From positions 210,626 to 274,625 of the IMG/VR virus record IMGVR_UViG_3300027782_000025: a stretch of DNA of 64,000 nucleotides; one strand, written 5' to 3'. The notes beneath the pieces are model-generated. The model worked only from the letters and a program-made list of their open reading frames with translations. It was not told the DNA's origin and searched no databases. The translations under genes were made by a program, and so were the position numbers. Shown in pieces: positions 18,763 to 29,239 of the stretch. Position 1 is the stretch's first letter, and each line of letters begins with the position of its first letter.

Positions 18763-18773
18763 GAGGTCCGACA

Positions 18774-19049
18774 ATGGCTATCGGTGTACATTTTGTACGT
18801 TTGGGTTTATTCACAGTTGATATCAACGGCGCTAGGATCGACAAAAGCGGTCTTGGCGCCTCTATCAATACCATGAAATCTACTAGTATGGAATTTCTGG
18901 TTATCCCTGACGCAGCTGTTCCTAATTCGTCTGGTTATCCTACGATGAAGGAATTTATAAAGCTAGAAGCAGACGATAACTTCGTAGTAAGTCACATCGA
19001 CCAATCAATTATAATCACATATAATCAGTCACAAGTTAATTCCGCTTGA
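18774..19049 (+). CDS. Hypothetical protein
   Basis: 91 aa, SD GAGG. Confidence 0.7.
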   Translation: MAIGVHFVRLGLFTVDINGARIDKSGLGASINTMKSTSMEFLVIPDAAVPNSSGYPTMKEFIKLEADDNFVVSHIDQSIIITYNQSQVNSA

Positions 19050-19065
19050 TGTAAGTAATTAAGAA

Positions 19066-19108
19066 TTAATTCCGTATTATTTCATTGGTGACACCGATGG
19101 CGGAATTA
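19066..19108 (+). terminator. Nested RNA stem-loop (terminator or regulatory RNA element)
   Basis: TAATTCCG (19067-74) pairs with CGGAATTA (19101-08), enclosing CATTGGTG/CACCGATG (19083-99); AT-rich tail follows. Confidence 0.45.
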
Positions 19109-19156
19109 TTATATCATTTATTTAATCACGGACATCACCGAAAAGGCTAGTGCTAA

Positions 19157-19825
19157 ATGTCAGAAGAAGTGACCAAAAAACCAGATAGGTCGAGAATAGG
19201 TAAATCTAATGTTAGAAAGGGTAAGACATTAGAAAGAAGAGTAGCTCACCTTTTAACTGACTGGACAGGGGTCGAGTTCAGAAGGCGAAGAGTCGAAGGT
19301 CGAGACGCCACAGTGGTTGAGCGTGAATCGACTGCTGATGTTATACCTGTAAAAGGGATGGTACATTGCTCCATCGAGGCCAAATCTGGTCATGGCTTTA
19401 GTCTTGATGCACTGTTAAGTAGCCATGAAACTACAATTTTTACGAGTTGGTGGCACCAAGCAACATATGATTGCACGATTTTAGAAACAGTATTTAAACG
19501 CTTATTTTTTCCGATGCTTTTCTTTAAGCCGCACGCGAATTTTGATTGGGTCGCTGTTGACCAGCGATTATTCCTATATAACATCTTAAAGCCAAGTGTC
19601 ACCGCAGCTGCAAATTATGCAAAAGCAATCGAAGTCAATCAACCGATATGGTTTCCGAGTATTTCATATGGGTATTACCATATAGCGCCTAAAATATCCT
19701 TAAACGTTAGTCATTCTAAGAACAATAAAGTATTCGAATCTCTGCAGCTGCCATCTTTGTTTTTTTGCAGATGGAAAGACTTTGCTGCAAACATAGACCC
19801 CACTTCATTTTTCGTGGAAACATAA
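19157..19825 (+). CDS. PD-(D/E)XK nuclease, Holliday junction resolvase-like
   Basis: GKSNVRKGKTLERRVA...FRR...ADVI...IEAK pattern. Confidence 0.75.
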   Translation: MSEEVTKKPDRSRIGKSNVRKGKTLERRVAHLLTDWTGVEFRRRRVEGRDATVVERESTADVIPVKGMVHCSIEAKSGHGFSLDALLSSHETTIFTSWWHQATYDCTILETVFKRLFFPMLFFKPHANFDWVAVDQRLFLYNILKPSVTAAANYAKAIEVNQPIWFPSISYGYYHIAPKISLNVSHSKNNKVFESLQLPSLFFCRWKDFAANIDPTSFFVET

Positions 19826-19840
19826 TGTAGGAGATGCACT

Positions 19841-19990
19841 ATGGGCTGCTGCGGAAATAAAACCAGAGTTATACCGATTAATAATATTGAGAGAGTGTCT
19901 GCAGCTAAACATAAACCAGTTATTGATCGTATAAATGTTAGACAAACACCACCGAAATACCCAACTAAAATCGATAGGCATAGGGTGTAA
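19841..19990 (+). CDS. 49-aa basic peptide starting MGCCG (absent from the ORF track)
   Basis: MGCCGNKTRVIPINNIERVSAAKHKPVIDRINVRQTPPKYPTKIDRHRV; SD AGGAG at 19829-33; exactly fills the gap between neighbours. Confidence 0.75.
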   Translation: MGCCGNKTRVIPINNIERVSAAKHKPVIDRINVRQTPPKYPTKIDRHRV

Positions 19991-19992
19991 TT

Positions 19993-20259
19993 ATGGGATG
20001 TGGATGCGGATCTAGCGGTGTACAAAGGTCACAACCAGTGACTGAACAAGTTCGGCCACAAGCTGCCGAACAAGCCAGACCGCAGAAAGTCATACAAATC
20101 AGAAGTGCTTCTCGGCCAGAAATTGCGCCGATAGCATCAGCAGCAGCTCCAAACATTATAAAGTGCCCTAAATGCGATAGCCATACAATTCGTGTAAATA
20201 TTTCTGGACGTCAAAGAATACAATGTTCTAACAGCAACTGCAGGAAAATCCTATCGTGA
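19993..20259 (+). CDS. Small protein, MGCGCG N-terminus and C-terminal Zn ribbon
   Basis: MGCGCG..., CPKC...CSNSNC. Confidence 0.72.
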   Translation: MGCGCGSSGVQRSQPVTEQVRPQAAEQARPQKVIQIRSASRPEIAPIASAAAPNIIKCPKCDSHTIRVNISGRQRIQCSNSNCRKILS

Positions 20260-20642
20260 TAGCAGATATAATTAGCTTAGCACTTATAAGTGTGGCTGCC
20301 GAAAGAATAACCGAGATATTAGTAGCCAGTAAATTAGTCCAGCCTTTTAGGGACATATTAAGAGATAAAAACATAAACAGTATGTCTAATTATGGTTTAT
20401 GGTGGTTTTTAGACAGTGTATTTCAGTGTGGTTATTGTATGTCAGTCTGGGTAAGCATTTCATTGTCTTGGCTGACACCAGCTTTAATCAATGACAATTT
20501 TTATATAAATTATATATTAATGATATTTGTGGTTCATGGTTTTGCTAATTTTTATCATGTTTTTTTTGAATATGCTAGAAGAGGTCGAGCTAAATATTTT
20601 GAAGTTAATCTTGGGTACAAAAGGGTCAATGAAGATGGATGA
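20256..20642 (+). CDS. DUF1360-like membrane protein with CxxC
   Basis: Three hydrophobic segments; FQCGYCMSVW matches the DUF1360 CxxCxSxW motif as I recall it. Confidence 0.7.
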   Translation: MIADIISLALISVAAERITEILVASKLVQPFRDILRDKNINSMSNYGLWWFLDSVFQCGYCMSVWVSISLSWLTPALINDNFYINYILMIFVVHGFANFYHVFFEYARRGRAKYFEVNLGYKRVNEDG

Positions 20643-21135
20643 AATAGAACAATTAAAGAGTAGAGAAGAAAATCGGCTATCGCCCGAAGTCCTCAGGCCA
20701 ACGGTGGTTAGAACTATCGATGATATTAAAATTATATTATCAGAAATAGACCCAACAAGAGCAACAGCTAGTAAAGAATTAGATATAGTAACGCTAATGG
20801 ACGTACCAAATGGTATGCCTAACCAACGCTACCAAGTAACAGCTAAAACAAGATCTAAGACTAAACGCGAATATCTCATAGAAGGCATGGAGATAGTTAA
20901 AAAGACTATCGAATTTTCTAAAGAAGAACCGATATCAACAATGGTTAACGGTATCGAAGTAAAGCCTGCAAGGATGCTTGATCGCACTACCATGAGAGCT
21001 TGGGTAGATAATTTGATCAGTCATTGGTTAGGGGCAGCAAGAGAAGGTCTTTTGATAACTTGGAAATTAGAAGACGGTTATCAATACAACTATGAGATTT
21101 ATGGCCACAAACTCACCAGAACCAAAATCGCGTGA
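20629..21135 (+). CDS. Hypothetical protein
   Basis: Start at ATG 20629 or 20635; the upstream part of the track ORF overlaps the previous gene. Confidence 0.65.
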   Translation: MKMDEIEQLKSREENRLSPEVLRPTVVRTIDDIKIILSEIDPTRATASKELDIVTLMDVPNGMPNQRYQVTAKTRSKTKREYLIEGMEIVKKTIEFSKEEPISTMVNGIEVKPARMLDRTTMRAWVDNLISHWLGAAREGLLITWKLEDGYQYNYEIYGHKLTRTKIA

Positions 21136-21442
21136 AGTGGTTTTACCACCACTCATACAGTATCGTGATCTTGCTAATTATGTCCCAGCTTACGGTGACT
21201 TCTTAGTATGGTCGGGCTGGCTTTCAACTTGGTGCGGTGTGGTCACTAATTATAATAAAGAAACTAAAGACTTGTCGATTATTTTTAATAGCGTACCTTT
21301 TGTCCTTTTTACTCTATCTCCTTCTGAACAGGAGAAAGAAACCAAAGTCATTAAACTAGAGGCTATAAAAAATGCGCCGAAAGGGAAGTACGCCGTCCAA
21401 CAAAGAGATTATTCCTCAAGTGCGGCCATCTGGTATATCTAA
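21101..21442 (+). CDS. Hypothetical protein
   Basis: Overlaps neighbours; beta-rich; start uncertain (21092 or 21101). Confidence 0.6.
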   Translation: MATNSPEPKSREVVLPPLIQYRDLANYVPAYGDFLVWSGWLSTWCGVVTNYNKETKDLSIIFNSVPFVLFTLSPSEQEKETKVIKLEAIKNAPKGKYAVQQRDYSSSAAIWYI

Positions 21443-22049
21443 CCAGCCTAACGCTACAGCACCGATGCCAAAACCGCCAGCGGTTCTAAGGTATCCGGAA
21501 ATGCTTGGCGAAGACTACTTACCAGCCATTAAAGATACTTTGGCTTACGTTATAAAGCCATATGCTTTAGAAGGCTTATCGGTTATAATATCAAAAGACG
21601 AAAAATCTGACAATATTATGATATTATTTGCCGATTGGTTTGGAAATAAATTAGACTTATTAGAAAAAACGAATAAATTAGTGATAATGGCAGACGCATT
21701 CTTAGCTAACAATGTGCAAATTCTAATAAATTTCATGAAAATGATAAAAGTAAAACAAGCACAATACTTTTTCTCAGGTACAACTTATGAAGAAATGATA
21801 CTGGTCGATATGCAGACCTCTATAAATAAAATGTGCGGACCAGGGATGATTAGAGATTTATTCAGCAAGATAATGAAGACGCAAGAAGTTTTAAAAGTAG
21901 AACCGATCGATGAGAGGGCTATAAGCGCTATAAACACCGGCAATGGTATCTATGAAGGAGATATCATTTTAAAACCTTCTAGATTTAGACAATACCATAA
22001 TCTAGAAAAGGGGCTTTATACTCCGTTATATGTGAAAATAACCAGATGA
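21372..22049 (+). CDS. Hypothetical protein (weak ligase-like motifs)
   Basis: Start uncertain (21372, 21420 or 21465); C-terminal YEGDIILKP...YVKI. Confidence 0.6.
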   Translation: MRRKGSTPSNKEIIPQVRPSGISNQPNATAPMPKPPAVLRYPEMLGEDYLPAIKDTLAYVIKPYALEGLSVIISKDEKSDNIMILFADWFGNKLDLLEKTNKLVIMADAFLANNVQILINFMKMIKVKQAQYFFSGTTYEEMILVDMQTSINKMCGPGMIRDLFSKIMKTQEVLKVEPIDERAISAINTGNGIYEGDIILKPSRFRQYHNLEKGLYTPLYVKITR

Positions 22050-24010
22050 AACTATTTGTAAATAATCACCAAGATATCCAAAAATTAACAGATGCTCAGG
22101 GCAAAGTTGTTCAGGTACGACCAAATCAAAAAATCCTGTTGCCAGATTATTTTGATAAATACGTCACATCTGGGCATTTAGTTCACGCTAGAGCGCCTAC
22201 ATCAGGAACTCGCAGCGCCGCTAGCCACACTAAAAACAGACAGTCAAACAGCCTATTAGAACGAAGAAACAAAAAAACCGAAACTAACATAATAAACCCC
22301 GAAAACAATCCATCGATACCAACGACTAAAAATAATCGCCAAAATATGCAAAGAGCCGAAATCCAAAGGCCGCAAGTACGCAGCCAAAGGCAGAATGCTG
22401 TCAGGCAAAAGAAAATACACACGTCGCCAAGGCAGGTCGATAGCCAAAATAAATTTAAAGGTAAATCTATACCCAATCCAAGGGAGCAACATATTTATGA
22501 TCAATCAGACAATCTGTCTGGAATTATAAACATCAGTAATGATATCGGAGTCGGAATACTATCATATAATAGACAGCAAAGCTTAAAAAGACTAGTTGAT
22601 TCTATTATAAAAAACACTAATTTATCGAAGACCACTATCTTCATAAGCGATGATGGTAGCACAGAACCGGAAACAATAAGTTATCTAAGCAAATTAGCAG
22701 CGACGAACCGATTTTGTATCATCATGAATGATAAGAATTTAGGAATAGCCGGCAATAGCAATCGACTTTTGCAATGTCTCCAAAGATTTAAATACGGCAT
22801 TATTTTAAATGATGATGTTGAAATCACCAGTTCTGGCTGGGAATATTTCTATCCTGACGCCATGCAAATTACTCAATTTAAGCATTTCATATATAGAGAA
22901 AAAAACATATACGGCGCCACCATAGGCGACCCATATAATGTCAAAGGCATAAATCTTTTAAAAAGCGACAATCAACCACAGGGTGCTGTTCTTGCATATG
23001 AGACATCTGCAGTAGAGAAGATCGGATTCTTCAACGAGGCTTATGGGCAGTATGGCATGGAGCATGTTGATTGGTCGACTAAGTTTAATGATTTTAGTCT
23101 ACACGATGTTAATGGATTTTTTGATGTCTATGGTTCGAGTCGTTATTTCTTATTACATAATGAAAAATCATCTGTACCAGAAAGAAGCGAAAAATTGCAA
23201 TTCGCTAGAAATCTTTTCAGAAATCGAGAAATAAAGAAGTATAATCACTCTGAAGATTCTAAAACCGATTCTATTAGCGTTGTAATACCTTATAGGTCAC
23301 AAGACCGATCAGCATCAGTTATTACCGTTATAGATAGTATAAAAGGACAATTATTCCCAACGATCAATATAATATTATCAGAGCACGATCATAAAGCCAC
23401 CATTGATACGACTGCTATTTTACCATCGATATGTCTCCATATTCACGCAGAATCTGAAGAACCATTTAATAAATCAAAAGCTTTCAATGGTGGTGTCGAC
23501 ATAGCAAAAGATGATTATCTTATATTGCATGACGCTGACATGCTAGTACCAAATTATTATGTGTCAGAAGTCTATAAGACTTTATTATTTAACAGTAGTT
23601 GCCATCTAGGGAAAGATGTGAGTTACTATGATAATAATGACACAGACATAATCAATCGTGAAAAGCGTGTGTTCAAGCCGCAGAATTTTGAGCGTTACGT
23701 ATCATACTTTGAAGGTGGATCATTAGCATGTACCAAAAAATATTACAGCGAAATAGGTGGTTTTTATGAGGCCTATTCAGGATATGGCTGCGAAGATTGC
23801 GACTTTTATGCTAGATTAATCGCTGGTGGAAATTTTAAAGATGATCGTCGCATATCGCTTTACCATTTAAACCATCCAAGAAGCGATAAATGGCAAAAAT
23901 TTCACGACCAAAATGTAAAGCTAGAGACTACGCTTAAAACATTATCAAATATTGCAAGAATCGCTGATGCTAAAAATTTATTAATACGAAAAGGATATAA
24001 AACAATATGA
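22046..24010 (+). CDS. Two-domain GT-A glycosyltransferase (GT2 + GT2/GT7C-like) with long basic N-terminal extension
   Basis: Domain 1: GILSYNR, ISDDGS, LNDDV. Domain 2: SVVIPYR, FNKSKAFNGG, LHDADML, GGFYEAYSGYGCEDCDFYARL. Confidence 0.9.
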   Translation: MKLFVNNHQDIQKLTDAQGKVVQVRPNQKILLPDYFDKYVTSGHLVHARAPTSGTRSAASHTKNRQSNSLLERRNKKTETNIINPENNPSIPTTKNNRQNMQRAEIQRPQVRSQRQNAVRQKKIHTSPRQVDSQNKFKGKSIPNPREQHIYDQSDNLSGIINISNDIGVGILSYNRQQSLKRLVDSIIKNTNLSKTTIFISDDGSTEPETISYLSKLAATNRFCIIMNDKNLGIAGNSNRLLQCLQRFKYGIILNDDVEITSSGWEYFYPDAMQITQFKHFIYREKNIYGATIGDPYNVKGINLLKSDNQPQGAVLAYETSAVEKIGFFNEAYGQYGMEHVDWSTKFNDFSLHDVNGFFDVYGSSRYFLLHNEKSSVPERSEKLQFARNLFRNREIKKYNHSEDSKTDSISVVIPYRSQDRSASVITVIDSIKGQLFPTINIILSEHDHKATIDTTAILPSICLHIHAESEEPFNKSKAFNGGVDIAKDDYLILHDADMLVPNYYVSEVYKTLLFNSSCHLGKDVSYYDNNDTDIINREKRVFKPQNFERYVSYFEGGSLACTKKYYSEIGGFYEAYSGYGCEDCDFYARLIAGGNFKDDRRISLYHLNHPRSDKWQKFHDQNVKLETTLKTLSNIARIADAKNLLIRKGYKTI

Positions 24011-24960
24011 GAATTCTAATGGTACGCCGAGTTAGCGGGGCATTTGGGTATATCACAGATGGTATGGTCAATGCTTTGCGATCTAAGGGGCATGAAGTTA
24101 AGCGATTCGATGGCGAAATGAGCACTTGGAACGAGTTCGATCCTGATATCTATATTGGATGTTCAGGCCACAGAGAAAGTATTCCCATCGAAGGGCGAAG
24201 AGCTAAAGTTGCTATACATGTTAACCCTTATGGCCCTGTTTCGATACCTGGCGGAATTAATGAAAGCCAAGACAGCGTTGATTGGGTTAAAAAGCAAAAA
24301 CCAGATGTGGTCTTTGGTTATGGTTTCGATGAAGATGCTATACTTTGGAGCTATTGGCATCAAAGGGCTAACACACGTTGGATACCAATGCCCACCGCAG
24401 CAGATGCTACTATATTCTCAGATTTAGGCCAAGATAGAAGAAACCAAATCATTTACCTCGGTGGAAGATGGACATATAAAGCAAAGACTATCGATTCGTA
24501 CCTTCTACCAGTGTTAAATTCTTTTAGGGGAAAGTGGAAGTTATATGGCTGGGGCGAATGGCCAGAAGGAATGTCATCGGGTGAACTGCCGCAACATGAA
24601 GCAAATGAGTTTTATAACACCGGAAAAGTAGCTCCATGTATTTCAGAAATTCATACTCATACACATAATATAGATATACCAGAACGAGTTTTTAAAGCTT
24701 GCTTGGCTGGTTGCTTGCCGATCCACGACACCGTTCCGGTATTATCAAGAGTTATACCAGGCCTCCCAGTCGCAAAAGATCCAAATGACTTTCTTGCACT
24801 GCACGCGCATTATCTTGCTCCTATAACAGAAAAAGAACTTAAAGAAAAAAGCGCAAGATTAAGAGATTGTGTGGCTAAAAACCACACATACCACCAAAGA
24901 ATGCACAGACTATTGCACGGATTGGGTTTTCCAGCAGAGGCAAATGATATAATAATATAA
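24007..24960 (+). CDS. GT-B glycosyltransferase (CgeB/Glyco_trans_1_2-like)
   Basis: MRILMV, PDIYI, IYLGG, KLYGWGEW, ERVFKACLAG. Confidence 0.75.
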   Translation: MRILMVRRVSGAFGYITDGMVNALRSKGHEVKRFDGEMSTWNEFDPDIYIGCSGHRESIPIEGRRAKVAIHVNPYGPVSIPGGINESQDSVDWVKKQKPDVVFGYGFDEDAILWSYWHQRANTRWIPMPTAADATIFSDLGQDRRNQIIYLGGRWTYKAKTIDSYLLPVLNSFRGKWKLYGWGEWPEGMSSGELPQHEANEFYNTGKVAPCISEIHTHTHNIDIPERVFKACLAGCLPIHDTVPVLSRVIPGLPVAKDPNDFLALHAHYLAPITEKELKEKSARLRDCVAKNHTYHQRMHRLLHGLGFPAEANDIII

Positions 24961-24961
24961 T

Positions 24962-25606
24962 ATGGCGCTCTTAACTGATAAATTTTTGTTTTTACACATA
25001 CCAAAAACTGGTGGTTCATATATAAGAAAAGTCATCGATCTTATACATATAAAATGGGTTGAAAAAAGCCACCACCATAGCTGTTTCCCTGGATTGTTAG
25101 ATCATTTATCATCGAATGATCTCTTAGGAAAAACCGTTATCTGCTTTATCAGGCATCCATTAACTTGGTATCAATCACGCTGGGCTTTTAGATTGTCGCA
25201 CCAAAGTGGTTGGCAAGGTAATGGTCTTGACCTAGCATGTGGGTCTAATGATTTTAACATGTTCGTTAACAATTGTATAGATTATACCGGTAGCGATAAG
25301 GGTTGGGCATCGTATAAAATGACTAAATTTATCGATAATATACCAAGCGGATTAAAGACCTTTATCGGCAAGCAAGAGAATCTTCGTAATGATCTTATAT
25401 CGGCTCTGATAGAATGCGGAGCGGTTATAGCTGAAACCGAACTGCCGCTATCGCCAAAATTTAACATGTCCTTGAATGATGGTAAACAGTCCCACATTAT
25501 AGCCAAATACGACATAAAGACATATGAGCGTGTAATGCAGTTTGATGGCGAATTTATGAATAAATACTATAAAGATTATAACGTTGACCATAAAATCCTT
25601 TTTTGA
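24962..25606 (+). CDS. Sulfotransferase (Sulfotransfer_2-like)
   Basis: FLHIPKTGGSYI (5'-PSB loop), FIRHPLTWYQSRW (3'-PB), FIGKQENLRNDL. Confidence 0.8.
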   Translation: MALLTDKFLFLHIPKTGGSYIRKVIDLIHIKWVEKSHHHSCFPGLLDHLSSNDLLGKTVICFIRHPLTWYQSRWAFRLSHQSGWQGNGLDLACGSNDFNMFVNNCIDYTGSDKGWASYKMTKFIDNIPSGLKTFIGKQENLRNDLISALIECGAVIAETELPLSPKFNMSLNDGKQSHIIAKYDIKTYERVMQFDGEFMNKYYKDYNVDHKILF

Positions 25607-26496
25607 GTCCGGTAGCACCTGAGCTCGGTCGATGGTATGTAACCATGGCTGGACGAATAGGAGCATCCGTGAATAAACCCATATACAGTATAATAACGTG
25701 TGTTTCTAATTTTGACATTTATAATGAATGCGTTGTAAATTCATTTTATAATAGCAAGATCAACAAAGAACACTATGAACTAATACCAATAGACAATAGA
25801 ATGTCGATATATACAGCACCACAAGCCCTTAATTATGGTCTAATTATTGCTAAATCTGACTTAATTATATGCTGCCATCAGGATATTTCATTCCTGCCAG
25901 GATTCTTCGATGAGGTAGAAAAATCGGTAAAAAAAGCTGGAGGCGATTGGGGAATAATTGGTAGTTCAGGCCGATCAATAGAAATAGATGAAGTTAGTAA
26001 GAAACCAGATTGGGTAGGTGTGGTATACAATGGTCACCCAAATCAGCTTGGAGATGATTTTGACAATAAACTTATTAAATGCTGGGATGGTAAAAAAGAA
26101 ATGAAAGAAGTGCATTGTGTCGATGAATGCTTATTCATGATAAATAAGCGACACAATATCACATTTAATCCTGAGATAAATGGTTTTCATTTTTACGGAG
26201 CTGATTTAGCGCTCTCTATGAGATCAGCTGGGCACAAAGTATATGCCACATATCTTCCAAGCATTCACCATGGTGCTTATTCAGGCAGCCTTAAAGCGAA
26301 GGATGATTATTGGCCTTTGTTTAGAAAACTACTTAACATGTGGTCTACAATTTTTCCAGAATGCTATGGCACTCATTTCCACTGGACCACGTCCGAAGTA
26401 GGCATGGAAATAGCATCTTACATCTCAATAGAATCTGATACCGAGAGTTTTAGAGCTTCAACGACCAACATAAAAATAAGAGAAAATAGAAAATGA
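25603..26496 (+). CDS. GT-A glycosyltransferase (Glyco_tranf_2_5-like); start may be ATG 25639
   Basis: YSIITCV, LNYGL...CCHQDI, CVDECLFMI, FHFYGADLAL. Confidence 0.8.
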   Translation: MSPVAPELGRWYVTMAGRIGASVNKPIYSIITCVSNFDIYNECVVNSFYNSKINKEHYELIPIDNRMSIYTAPQALNYGLIIAKSDLIICCHQDISFLPGFFDEVEKSVKKAGGDWGIIGSSGRSIEIDEVSKKPDWVGVVYNGHPNQLGDDFDNKLIKCWDGKKEMKEVHCVDECLFMINKRHNITFNPEINGFHFYGADLALSMRSAGHKVYATYLPSIHHGAYSGSLKAKDDYWPLFRKLLNMWSTIFPECYGTHFHWTTSEVGMEIASYISIESDTESFRASTTNIKIRENRK

Positions 26497-27305
26497 TCGA
26501 TTTGTTTATTAACTGTCATACTGCAGGTTATGATTGTCTTGATGATAGCATATTTGAACATAAATCGATTAACGCCAAGAGAATCGCCTGTGGCATGACC
26601 AGGCCGCCAAAATATGATTTATCTGAAGTATCAGATTTTTTTCCAACCTATGCTTCCTTAAATTCATCGATTTTTGAAAGTTCTATAATATTGACAATCT
26701 GGGAACATATAGAAAATATTAGCGATAATGAATATATTGGTTTTTTACATACAGATATCGAACCTTACTTTACGAAAGATGAATTATGGGCTAAGATTAT
26801 CGACTCTTTATCGCCAAATGATGTAGCTTTAGGTGTTTCATTTCCAGCAGAGTACAAAATCACTCAATGCGGTGAGTGGGACTTAAAAAATGATTTTGTC
26901 CTTAGACCATCATTAGACCCAATGGTGCGCAATAAATTCGACTTAGAGAGATCGATTTGGGATACTATTAAGAGACTTGATCGTCCAATCTATGAGTTTG
27001 CAATGTCTAAAAATCCGCCAATGATTTACTCGCATATGTTTATAACCACTAGAGAGATTTTTAATAAACTTGGGATGAGAATGCGTAATATGTTAGATAG
27101 ATTATTAGCATCAGAAATGGGTCTTTGGACACCGCATTTATTCGAACGTCTTGTAGGACTTTACCTATCCGAAATATGCAGTGTAAAAAATGTCGCTGCA
27201 TTTATACATCATGCGGGATCTAGTCCTACTAAACCGGGCGCTTTAAATCTTTATGGGACTGCAGGATATAAATATTATAAAACTTCAAGAAAGATTTTTG
27301 TTTAA
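26493..27305 (+). CDS. Glycan-biosynthesis protein (DUF4422/GT-A-like)
   Basis: LFINCH, YIGFLHTD, MFITTREIF, HLFERLV; last gene of the GT operon. Confidence 0.55.
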   Translation: MIDLFINCHTAGYDCLDDSIFEHKSINAKRIACGMTRPPKYDLSEVSDFFPTYASLNSSIFESSIILTIWEHIENISDNEYIGFLHTDIEPYFTKDELWAKIIDSLSPNDVALGVSFPAEYKITQCGEWDLKNDFVLRPSLDPMVRNKFDLERSIWDTIKRLDRPIYEFAMSKNPPMIYSHMFITTREIFNKLGMRMRNMLDRLLASEMGLWTPHLFERLVGLYLSEICSVKNVAAFIHHAGSSPTKPGALNLYGTAGYKYYKTSRKIFV

Positions 27306-27590
27306 ATATTTATCAATTACAAGAGCGAAAGTCGCTTCAATATATTCAAACCATTCTGACGGTATATCGCTAAAATTGCTCATGCTATCGTTAAGCCCTG
27401 CCTTCATTGTGATAAATATCGTATTTTCTTTTATGTTTAGAACTATAGGCGTTAAATTAAGATTTAAGTCATTGGTTTTACTTTTAAAATTAATATCTGT
27501 GGCTATATTACCGATATCGACAGCTCTAACAAGAATACTTGATAATTGGCTTGATATGCGATATTTTTTGGTGATATCTGTAGTCGGCAT
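27285..27590 (-). CDS. Hypothetical protein
   Basis: 101 aa, third gene of a tightly packed minus-strand unit. Confidence 0.6.
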   Translation of the reverse strand: MPTTDITKKYRISSQLSSILVRAVDIGNIATDINFKSKTNDLNLNLTPIVLNIKENTIFITMKAGLNDSMSNFSDIPSEWFEYIEATFALVIDKYLNKNLS

Positions 27591-27591
27591 T

Positions 27592-28161
27592 TTAGAATTT
27601 CTTCTTTAAAGTAGCTCCGGGGAAGTTTTTAGTAACATCTTGAGATATCTTTTTACCTTCGTCGCTTATCTTTTTTCTTACTTCTTTTAGCTGGCTTTTC
27701 GATACACCATCGGTGTTAGAAAGCATCGCCACCCAACCGCTAGGCTGTAATGCCAACATTGTTTTAGCTGTGTCTTGGGTGCTCTGCGCCAGAGATTTTA
27801 AATCAGTCTTTAATAGATATCTAGGCTCGATAGCATAAAGAGCTGATGTGATAATGCTTGGTGCATATGTTTTTAGCTCGGTCATGGATTTTTTTAAATC
27901 TTTGTACTTATTTGCGTTTTTCTTGTCGGAATCTAATATTTTTAAAAAGCCTGAGATAAAGTCATCACTAATTGTCGACCACGTATCAGAGCTAGGTTGC
28001 TTGAAATATGATCTCAATAGTTTAGCTGGCTCAGAGTCTTTATATCGGTCATCATTAAAAAGTATATCGATTAGCTGGCCAAATATCTGGCTGATATTTA
28101 AGACAGGAGTGCCGCCGCTAGAGATACTACCAGCAGCTTCATAAATATTTAATAATTTCAT
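27592..28161 (-). CDS. Hypothetical protein (possible head-associated protein)
   Basis: 189 aa, starts 1 nt after the gmd stop; N-terminus MKLLNIYEA. Confidence 0.7.
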   Translation of the reverse strand: MKLLNIYEAAGSISSGGTPVLNISQIFGQLIDILFNDDRYKDSEPAKLLRSYFKQPSSDTWSTISDDFISGFLKILDSDKKNANKYKDLKKSMTELKTYAPSIITSALYAIEPRYLLKTDLKSLAQSTQDTAKTMLALQPSGWVAMLSNTDGVSKSQLKEVRKKISDEGKKISQDVTKNFPGATLKKKF

Positions 28162-28162
28162 T

Positions 28163-29239
<1,077 letters not shown>

